This document shows, in pieces, positions 1 to 9,147 of a stretch of DNA of 24,122 bases. Made by a program: the position numbers and the translations under genes. The notes below the pieces were generated by a model that worked only from the letters and a program-made list of their open reading frames with translations, was not told where the DNA came from and did not search any database. Within the stretch, counting starts at the first letter, position 1. Each line of letters begins with the position of its first letter. The stretch covers positions 62,001 through 86,122 of the forward strand of contig JALAGF010005880.1 in NCBI GenBank assembly GCA_030167865.1. The letters run 5' to 3'. This DNA is from Craspedostauros australis. Lineage: Eukaryota.

Positions 1-480
1 CGGTCGAGAATGCTCCAGTTCCGAGCTGAAGAAAGTAGGCAGAATGGGGATAGGGACGAGATGGGCGGGTTTGATGAGAGATGTGAAGCAAATGATTCGA
101 TGATAATGCAACCAGTTGCAGCCTCGTATCCTTCCTCTGCGAATGCAAGCAAAGCTCGGGACAAACGCATGCCCGAGGCTCTGCTTCTGATGAACTCAAG
201 TTTGAACTCAGGCCCTTTTGGATGAGGGCACAGCACAGCCCAGCCCAACATGATACGATACGATACAGCATAATATAGCATGGCCAAAAGTGCTGCACAA
301 TGCCGAACCAGGACACGAGAAGATGATCGCCGACAACAGTAATCGCGACTCGCGACTTACCACTCCCTTTAACCGATACAGTTCATCGAATCGTTTTCCG
401 CTGCTGGCATCTGGCTGCGGAACGTCCACTCTGTGTTCGTCGTCCAAGTCCTCCTTCGAGCTCTTCGCGTGAGATGGCAT
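1..480 (-). CDS. Ser/Thr protein kinase (probably CaMK-group), 5' part only: exon 1 480..361, intron 360..26, exon 2 25..<1
   Basis: Exon 1 gives MPSHAK...SGKRFDELYRLKGV (40 codons), followed by donor GTAAGT at 360. Acceptor TTTCTTCAG ends at 26, then CTC GGA ACT GGA GCA TTC TCG ACC = LGTGAFST. The spliced product YRLKGVLGTGAFST is the kinase subdomain I Gly-rich loop (GxGxF). Both junctions are phase 0. The subfamily assignment is tentative. Confidence 0.85.
26..360 (-). other. Spliceosomal intron of kinase gene (335 bp)
   Basis: GTAAGT donor and pyrimidine-rich TTTCTTCAG acceptor; removal reconstitutes the kinase Gly-rich loop. Confidence 0.85.
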
Positions 481-752
481 CCTGCACGTTGCCCCGTCTC
501 TTTGTTGTCGTTGTCGTTGTCGATGTCGTCTCTGCCTCGCGTTACCGAATCAGAACTCGCGCTACTGATGGTTGCTGTCGATGTTACTGTCGGCTCTATT
601 TGTATCGTCAGGTCGGCTTCTCTGAGGTAAGGCAGTCGCGAACCTTTTGATTCCAGCTTGACTACTCTATGCAGCAGCAAATGCAATTGATTGTCCTTCG
701 CAAGTGTCACTCCCTCGTGCACTGTCTATCTGTATCCTAGCCTCGCTTGTCG

Positions 753-769
753 GTTTGTTTGTTTGTTTG
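753..769. repeat. (GTTT)4 microsatellite upstream of kinase
   Basis: gtttgtttgtttgtttg read directly. Confidence 0.8.
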
Positions 770-1837
770 CTTGTTGCTCGTTGCTATTGTCGCCTGGTGG
801 TCGATGTGCCTTTTTGTCTGCGTCCTGCGCTGTTGCTCGGTCTGTGTCGACGACCCAACACGAACCGAGATGCCTCCCACCCCAGAAATCGCCGCCCCTG
901 CGCCGCTCTCGGCTCTCGCTGCTCTCTGCGGAGATCGTACCACACACAGCGCGCGTAGGGATAGTACGACAACAAGCCACAACTGCTGACACCAGAGAAG
1001 ACCAAACTGGCACATCAAACGAAGAACAGACCTGTTTGTCCCAAACGAAAAAGATGTGTCTGCGTTGCGAAAGTCATTCCCCAGACCAAGATGACCCTTC
1101 CCCGATCCGAAAAGAGAAAGGGACTTATTCTGTATACGATTAGTCGATCTTGTCGTCAAATTTCATGAATCGAAGTCTTCACATGACTCGAATGTGGTAT
1201 TCGTGATTGACGTGATGCGCATGAATGATCATGTCATTCATGCTCCAGGCACGCGCCACCCACGCTCCCACCGCGATGCAACACGTCTGAATGACACATG
1301 CCGACATCGAGAAAGCCGCGTGCACAGCAACCAGTTGACCATGGCCGCCACTTGGATGACACAACAAGAACCCGGCTCGGGGTGGCCAATGCGAGCGTCA
1401 CAAGAACTGTCACAGAACAGAACGAATGTGGAAGAACTGGACAAGAAGCAGCAGCGACACGCATGTGATCCGTGCCTGTGTCTGACTCTCTTTGCGCATC
1501 CACCGGTCGTGTTGCCGACTTCGACATGACTGGCATTGTTGCCGAAAGACTCGTGCGTGCCAAGTCCGAGTGCTCTGCGATTACGAACATGAGCTGTGTT
1601 TCTCATTAAAAACGAAACCGTCCAGCAATTCACAAAAGCAATTGCGCGTCCTCAGCTCGGCTCCAAGGCTCAAAGCGACCTCCGATCGGCGCCCAAGGCA
1701 ATCCGACAACACTCCTCGACCCCAGAACGTGCACAACAACTCATCTCCGACAGGCATACCTTCATCAATCCCAATCCCAATCTAAACCAAAGACAATACT
1801 ATTCTTCAACACTACAATACCTTGTGGAAAGCGTACA

Positions 1838-2614
1838 ATGACGGAGAAAACTTTCGCAACAAAGATGCGCAGAATGCCAAAGCATTCGGCTCGCCCACTG
1901 ATCTTGAGCAAGATCCTCGCGGTCGTGCTGCTTTTCGCATTTCAACACATGGCGATGGTGTGCGCCTTCCACGCATCTTTCACTCCACAGCGCCAATCAC
2001 GACCATTGATGGCCACCACCGCCGACGATTCCATGTTGGACAGCACGCAACGAACCGGTCCCCCGACCACCCGCTCGAAGCAACGCAACGAATGGATCAA
2101 AAGGAGCACGGAGTACTACGAAAAGATCACTCGCCAGGAGAGAATTCGCAACTCCCACTCTGGCAAAGCCGACAACATTGAATCCGAGACGTTCCAGAAA
2201 CTCGCACGGCAACACTACTTCGCGTATCAAAAGATAAAGCGAGGAGAGTTCAACCATGCCGAGAAGCTTTACAGGAGGATAATAGAAGAGCTGTGGGAGG
2301 AGGATGCGCACGAGGGAGGGTGCGACCATGCCAAGCTTGCAGTCACCACTCTGCTCCTTGCGCTCCACCTGCAGAGGATGGGCGACACATCTGGAACAAG
2401 AATCGTCTTCCATCGATTCTTCTGCCTTGCGATCACTGATCGCTCGGAAGATACGGAATGCGCCTGTTCGGCCAAAGTCCTTGGTGCCTACGCGCTGTTC
2501 GAGTTTAAAAATGGCAACAAGAAGAAGGCCCTGCGGCTTGCCCAGATGGCGGCGTCCTTCGACGAAGACCTGGAGGCTGTGTTGCGATGGAAGCAATTCC
2601 GCGAGCTGATCTGA
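1838..2614 (+). CDS. Putative plastid-targeted helical-repeat (TPR/HAT-like) protein; start could also be ATG 1865 or 1874
   Basis: 258-aa intronless ORF. A hydrophobic signal stretch (LILSKILAVVLLFAF) is followed by VCA|FHASF (ASAFAP-like cleavage motif, F at 1967) and a Ser/Thr/Arg-rich transit-like segment. TPR/HAT-like helices: GEFNHAEKLYRRII and KVLGAYALFEFKNGNKKKALRLAQMAASFD. An AT-rich region with AATAAA (2732-2737) follows. Confidence 0.75.
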   Translation: MTEKTFATKMRRMPKHSARPLILSKILAVVLLFAFQHMAMVCAFHASFTPQRQSRPLMATTADDSMLDSTQRTGPPTTRSKQRNEWIKRSTEYYEKITRQERIRNSHSGKADNIESETFQKLARQHYFAYQKIKRGEFNHAEKLYRRIIEELWEEDAHEGGCDHAKLAVTTLLLALHLQRMGDTSGTRIVFHRFFCLAITDRSEDTECACSAKVLGAYALFEFKNGNKKKALRLAQMAASFDEDLEAVLRWKQFRELI

Positions 2615-2719
2615 GCGTGGCCATGACGCCATCCTGGGCTCGTAGCGCATCGTGCCACAGTCCCACTACAGCGCATGCAAGGGAGTAGAGCAGAACATGA
2701 TACAAGCAGAGCACCATGA

Positions 2720-2795
2720 TAAAATGGTATAAATAAAATATTATTATATACGACTGCAATGTAATAGAATACAATATTCTATAATACATTGGAAC
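2720..2795 (+). terminator. AT-rich putative 3'-end/polyadenylation region of the TPR-like gene
   Basis: Sharp AT-rich patch about 110-180 nt after the stop, containing AATAAA at 2732-2737, between convergent genes. Confidence 0.4.
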
Positions 2796-3216
2796 ATTTG
2801 GATTAAGATCCCTTAAAGACATTTCTAGGCGTCCATCCGGGATGGACAATGTCGGTGCTGGGACTCGTGATGCACGCTGTGCTGCCAACAGTTGTCCAAA
2901 AACAAAAATCTACAACTGGGCTCGCACACAATACGGAAGGCTAGTAGTATGAGTGCGAGCAACAATGTCTGGTCGGTCATTCGCTCGCAGAGTATCATCG
3001 TCTCTCGCTCTCTGCGTATTCGAAGAGAGGGGTATGCTCAAACTGCCCGGCAGAGTAATTCACAACGGAGTAATATTATGCATTGACGGAGTGCAATTCT
3101 GGGGTAATAGTAGTAGTCGTACAATAAGTACTTTACTTTCACCTGTGCATGGGACTCCTCTGAATCCGTGTCCACATCCGTACGTACCCATGGTTGGAAG
3201 AGCGTGCCAAGTGGTG

Positions 3217-5351
3217 TTAATACAGCCGCTTTTGGTAGCTGTGAAGACCATGCACGCCTCCTTCCTTCTGCGCAGCTGGGGAACGGATTTCGAATCGGAG
3301 CTTGTTGTCATACAGTCGGTCCTGTGCTTCAGCGACGCTTTTGATGCCGGCATCTTGGAGGCCATGTCGAACGCCCTGCATCAGGTACGGGATGTATCGC
3401 TGCAATGTTCCCTTATCTGTCACTGCGCCACTCACGCCTTGGGCGACCTTCACTGCGGTGGCTTCCGTGTCCCACACGTAACGCTTCTCGCCTCCCTTGT
3501 CCATCGCCTCGAGGCTGCCCATTCCACGGTATCTCTTCAGGCGGACGCCGTCCTGGTAGAAGTACTCGCCTGGGGCCTCGTCCGTGCCGGCCAACATGCT
3601 ACCCATCATAATGCATCCTGCTCCGAGGCATAGGGCCTTGGTGATGTGACCGGTGGACTTGATGCCACCATCAGCGATCGTTGGGACTCCGAATTTGCGA
3701 GCGTACTTGGAGACGTGGTACACGGCACTGGCTTGCGCACGGCCGACGGCGCACACCTCCTGCGTTGTGCAGATGGAACCGATGCCCATGCCAACCCGTA
3801 GGCCATCTGCTCCGGCCTGGATGAGGTGGTGTGCCTGTGATGGCGTCACCACGTTGCCACCAACAATGTCGATGCTTGGGTGAGCTTCTTTCAGGTACGC
3901 GATCATTTCGATCTGGTACATGGAATCTCCCTGCGACGAATCGACGATGATGACATCGACACCTGCTTCTGCCAAGAGCTTGGCCCGCACCTTGTCGTCG
4001 GGTCTGGTACCGATGGCAGCACCGCACAGGAGCTGTTTGTTGACCTTGTCCTTGGACGCGCGCGGGTTGTCACGGTTCTTTTGGAGATCGGTTCTGGCGA
4101 TCAGGGCAACAAGCTCATCGTTCTCATTGACGACTGGCAACTTCCCCTTCTTGCTCTCCTTGAGCATGGCGTTGGCCTCCGACAGGCTCACACCTTCCTT
4201 CGCCACAGTCAGCTGGCTTCTTTGGGTCATGAATTCTTTGATCTTCACGGTTGGATCGTCGTTGAACATGGTGTCTCGGTTCGAAATGATTCCCACCAGA
4301 CGGCCTCCCATCTCTCCAGTATCCGTGATTGGGAATGACGAAAATCCCAGCTGCTGTTTAGTCCTCGCGACATCCTCCAACGTGTCCTCCGGGCTGAGGC
4401 AGATGGGATCCATGATGAAACCGTTCTTGAACTTCTTGACTTTCCTCACCTCGGCCGCCTGATCTTGCGCTTTCATGTTGGAGTGGATGATTCCAATGCC
4501 ACCCTGCAAGGCCATCATGATGGCCATCTTGTGCTCCGTCACAGTGTCCATCGGGGAGGAGACGAAAGGGATCTGCAGAGTTATGTTCTTGGTCAGTTTC
4601 GAGGAAATTTCGACATCACCGAGACCGAAGCCGATGTGTCCTGGCATGACGATGATGTCATCGTACGTGTACGCAACGCAGGCGGAGTTCTTCACAAACA
4701 CCTGCGTGGCGGTGAACCTGATGGTCGAGATGCGCGGAAAGAGATGGCGCGGGAAAGGACGACACGGTGAAGGCCAAGAGTTTGTGACGAGACAGGTGTG
4801 CCATGAGCGATGATCGATTCATGACATCAATCGATTCAATTGGGCAATGCCACCACAAAGGCCCATGGAGTCTCATGAAGGGCCACGACGCGGAGAGATC
4901 ACGCAAGAGTGAGATGGATGCTGATGCTCGAGCTCCACAAGTGCATGTGATGTTCGTGGTATTAGTCCCCAAGACCATCTCGACCCGTCATCGTACAGAA
5001 CAGAAAAGAACAGTACGCCTTCGCACTGCGCTGGATGGCGACCTGGGGCAGGGCAAGAGACCACTTTGCGCCTCGCTGATTGCGTCAAGTGGGGAACTCA
5101 ACGCGTTCATCGGAATCCTGGTCTTGCTGGAGTTGCAACGGTAGCCGCAGCATCAAGGGTTGCCGCCGAATGAATGCACTCAGAAGGCTTGGCAGTGAAG
5201 CTGATTCAATGAAATCCATCCGCTTGCGATGATGGCCACAAACCGGTCCAACTCACCCTTCAGCGCCAGAGTTCAACGTCTCTTCATCAACCTCTGTCAG
5301 CTTGATGCGCTTGGCATCAGGCGCGTCCTTGGATCCTTGTTCGTCTGACAT
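3217..5351 (-). CDS. IMPDH: Inosine-5'-monophosphate dehydrogenase with CBS (Bateman) domain; exon 1 5351..5257, exon 2 4717..3217; about 531 aa
   Basis: Motifs [30 protein letters not shown] pair (KKGKLPVVN), DSSQGDS, catalytic loop [33 protein letters not shown] and C-terminal LHSYQKRLY. The phase-2 splice GG|GTGAGT...CATCAG|G joins MSDEQ...GAEG to [10 protein letters not shown]. Confidence 0.96.
4718..5256 (-). other. IMPDH intron (539 bp)
   Basis: GTGAGT donor at 5256 and CAG acceptor at 4720-4718; frame-consistent. Confidence 0.85.
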
Positions 5352-6156
5352 GTTGATATCGTTGGGCTGGAGCGTTCTCGTGTGGGCTATTCGTATTGCT
5401 TGTCCTTGTGTTTGTGCTGATGCTGATGCTGGTTCCAATGAGAAGAATACCCTGGAGTGTGGATATTTTGTTTGGTGTGTTGCTCGCTCCCGGTATGCGG
5501 TGTGGCGTGGTCTGGAAGGGTTTCGGATGGTCGTTTGTGAGTGGTTTCTGGTGGACCCGCAGGCCAGTGTACCTGTGGTGGCTTGTGAGGATGCCAGTTG
5601 TGGGTACCAGTTCTGGGTTTCTGTTGTGTGTGAATGCGAGTGGCGCAGATGCAATTGCATACAGGATTCTCACAACAGACATCGAGATGGTTCGGGCCCA
5701 CCGGTGTGTTTGGGACTTGATGTTTCTGGCATTCTGTTGTCTGCGCTCCCCAAAGTGTTCTTTTTCCTTCCTTTCGGTGTCGGCGTCTCTTGGTTGGTTG
5801 TTGTGGCCACATGGTCTGGCCATCTCCCGAGTGTCGCTCTTCGATGGTTCGGGATTGATCGGCACCGCAGTCACGAGAAATCGAAAATTGTTTGTTGTCA
5901 TTTTTCACGCCTCAACGGTCCCAACCTGCTTCCGATGCGAAATCAAGCGACGCGACATCCTCCTCACCCCGACGCCGTGCCGTCCGGACTTTGGGGGCCC
6001 AACACAGAAGATCTGAACGGAGTTCGCGAGCATGGTGCCGTACAATGATACGGAGACGCAACCTGTCAGTACCACAGCATCCCACAAACTCCATCAATCA
6101 ATTCTGAACTCCGTCTACCCTGTTTGGACCCAGCTGACGAAAACAGGAAATCGACG
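5352..6156. promoter_or_regulatory. Divergent (probably bidirectional) promoter/5' leader region between IMPDH and the MFS transporter
   Basis: 805 bp between head-to-head ATGs (5351 on -, 6157 on +); inferred from gene layout only. Confidence 0.55.
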
Positions 6157-8429
6157 ATGCTTGGAATCTCAACAGCTCTCAAGGGCTACCTACCAGACTG
6201 GCCAGAATGGTGAGTCCGCGTGGAGTGATGCACAACGCACAATGCGCAACGCCGTTGGAACGGTGGGAGGGCTGCTGCCTTGGCCGACGTGGTGGTCCTT
6301 CCATCGATGCGGGACGTGCATGTGCACATGCATGTGTGGTCCAAATCACCCAACACTTCCTCTTTCCAGCTCAAGCGACTTGACGCTGGACGTCTCCACT
6401 GGCATGAATGCTCTCCGTTGTCTGCTACTACTCTGCTTTCTTTCCTTTCGCTCACGGTATTTCTGTCGGTACTTGGTATATACCCCTGCCATCCTTCTAT
6501 TGAATGGCATTGCTCCTTTGCCATACGCATATCATGTGACGAACGCAGGGCTCTGGATACACTCATCGTGATGGCAGTACTGCTTCTGGCAACCATCGTG
6601 CTCACCACGTTGTACACACCACAAGAAGACGACAAATCCAAGTCGACCGAAACGAAAGCACAGCATGCCGATCTCCGCAAGAAGTTTGATTCCTTCCGTG
6701 GACAGTACATCGCCGTGTACCTGGTGATCATGTTGGCCGACTGGATGCAAGGGACGCACATGTACACCCTGTACTTGAGCTACAATGTGAACATATCGGC
6801 CCTGTTCTTGACAGGGTTTCTAAGCGGCGCTCTGTTCGCCCCATTCCTGGGATCAGCGGTGGACAAGTTCGGCAGGCGCAACTCGTGCATCGTCTACTGT
6901 GTCTTGGAGATCATCATCAACACTTTGGAGCACTCCACCGACTTCACCATCCTGCTGATTGGCAGAGTGCTTGGAGGAATATCCACAAATCTGCTCTTCT
7001 CCGCTTTCGAGTCTTGGATGACAACGGAGCACCGCAAGCGCGGTTTCCCGGAGGAATGGCTTTCGAAGACGTATTCTGAGGTAAGCGAATGTTCATTGTT
7101 CGACGCAGTCCACATGGAAGAAACGGCGGAGGAGGAAACGAGGAAAGGACGAAATGCCATTCTCGACCAAGGTTCCTTTCGCAACATGCACGATGGGCAC
7201 CGCCGAATCTTTCCGTACAGAGTAGTTGCCGTTGTCGCTGCTGCCGCTTCTATTGCCATCGCTGCTGGGAGCACTTGTGATGCTGTCACCAAATGCATAC
7301 GTGGTGGAAATCGACCCTACGGCTTCCTGCTCAACCGCGCAACCGCTGCATGACAAGATATCGCACCAGACAAGCCATCAATTTCTTACAAGCAAACGCA
7401 ACTGCATGCCCGAATCTACTCTACTTCACTTGGGTTTGCATCCCCTTCGACCCTCAGTCGTCAATTGGAAATGGAGCCATGGCAATTCTTGCTGGCATTG
7501 TCGCGCAGGTGTTGGAGGACAACCTTGGGCACATCGGACCATTCCAAGGCGCTATTGCGCTCACGGCTCTCGCATTGCTCATGGTGATGCGGTGGGAGGA
7601 AAACTACGGAGAAGAAACCAAGGGTGGGCATGAAGAGGGATCCCTTTATAAGCAGTTTATGCAGGGCTGGACCGCGACTCTTTCCGACTCAAGGATCTGG
7701 AGAATAGGTCTGACCCAGGCCTTCAGCGAAGGTGCCATGTACACGGTGAGTCTATTTGCAGCGTTGATGTCCATGTCTGCGAGAGGGTTGCCGGTCGTCA
7801 CGATGTTGCTGCGCGTTGAACTTGTGTCTCACACATTAAATCTTCCAATCTCCCGTTCTTGCTGAATGCAGTTTGTGTTCATGTGGGTCCCAACCTTGCT
7901 CTCGTTGGGACCAACCGGCGGAGTTCCGACAGGATGCGTCTTCTCCTCGATGATGATGGCCATCACGATCGGAGGAATGTTGTATCCGCCAATCCAATCC
8001 CTGGTGTCCAGCGCTGTGGGCTCGCAATCTGCCGCGCCCGAAGTATGTGCATCCCTGATCTACGCCCTTGCGGCAGCATGCATGGCCGTCCCAGCCTTCT
8101 CCCTCGGCGGATCCAGCAGCAGCGACATCTTCCAGCTAATCCTCGTCAGCTTCATGATCGTTGAGTGCTGCGTTGGTCTCTTCATGCCTGTTGCTGGGAC
8201 GTTGAGATCGAAGTACGTCCCGGACGCACTCCAAGGATCCATCCTGAACATCTTCAGACTTCCGCTGAATGCCGTTGTTGTGTCGGGAACCTACGCCACC
8301 GACGTCATGGAATTCTCCCTGGTGTACAAGCTCGTCAGCGCGCTCTTCCTCTCCGCCGCCTTCATCCAAGCCACCATGATCGGTTCCGCGAACAAGTCGA
8401 CGCAGAAGCAAGACACCAAGGCCGACTAG
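6157..8429 (+). CDS. MFSD5: MFS_5 (DUF791) molybdate-anion transporter, MOT2/MFSD5 family; exons 6157..6209, 6549..7080, 7458..7745, 7872..8429; about 476 aa
   Basis: Family motifs LADWMQGTHMYTLY, GSAVDKFGRR, GRVLGGISTNLLFSAFESWM, EGAMYT|FVFMW and LRSKYVPD..ILNIFRLPLN, with many TM segments. Three introns (339, 377, 126 bp) have GTGAGT/GTAAGC/GTGAGT donors and CAG acceptors and give a continuous 1431-nt frame. Exon 1 is the least certain. Confidence 0.9.
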
Positions 8430-9042
8430 AGAGATAATAGCGAAGGAGAGAACTCGGGTCCTTCTGGAGCTTCCAACCCCAGCTATCACAAATAGTGTCT
8501 CGTTTGATTCGACCATAGTCTCCTCTAGGAGAGTATTCTATGGTACTCTCGTGTGATACAACAACTTCGCCTGTGGTTGATTCTCGGACCCATAATCTAA
8601 TGTGCAGCGTTCTCGGTGATATCAACTATTGAGTATACCATCCAGTGTACTATGCTTCCCAAGAGCATGGTACCCTGCCAAAACTCGAACGAAGAACAGG
8701 AAGATCGCGAAGGATTGGCTTCGCTTGTGCGACAACAGCAACACCACACCGACCGAAGGAATGGAGAACAAAAATTCCAGAAGCAGAAGCACAACCACGG
8801 CACCAATCACAACAAACACGACAGCCACAACTGAAAGCACGAGATACAACAAGCCAACCAAAGACACCTTCGTGGTTGCCACAACACGCAGGCAGACAGA
8901 CAGAGAAGGCCCTGGCACATCCCCCTCTTGCCTTCAACTCACATCATTCGTCCTCTTCGATTGCCATCACCAGGAAAGCTGCTGTTTCACGCGAACGCAT
9001 TCCCTGCCCGCAAATACAAACACAAACCAACCAACAGGCACC

Positions 9043-9072
9043 CACACGCACACACACACGCACACACGCACA
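9043..9072. repeat. Imperfect (CA)n tract in the leader of the E2-like gene
   Basis: cacacgcacacacacacgcacacacgcaca read directly. Confidence 0.75.
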
Positions 9073-9147
9073 AACCAAGCAAAGGCAGAAGCGGAAGCGT
9101 TGGCATACAAGTTCAAGTACTCGGCAGAAACTACTCCACGCACAAGC

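Noticed and set aside
4714..4722. GAACCTGAT, resembling part of the TPP riboswitch core
   Set aside because: It is the antisense of the IMPDH splice acceptor; the upstream CTGAGA element and P1-P5 stems are absent.
2953..4813. Long + strand ORFs antisense to IMPDH (e.g. 2953..3633, 3920..4462)
   Set aside because: Shadow ORFs from codon bias of a conserved gene; no protein-like features.
5302..6048. Several 170-250 aa ORFs on both strands between IMPDH and the transporter
   Set aside because: They arise from TG/CA-skewed leader sequence, are Cys/Val- or Thr/His-rich, overlap one another and have no recognisable motifs.
6280..7353. Transporter as a single 357-aa ORF or a frameshifted pseudogene split over three ORFs
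   Set aside because: Canonical introns join four exons into an intact frame.
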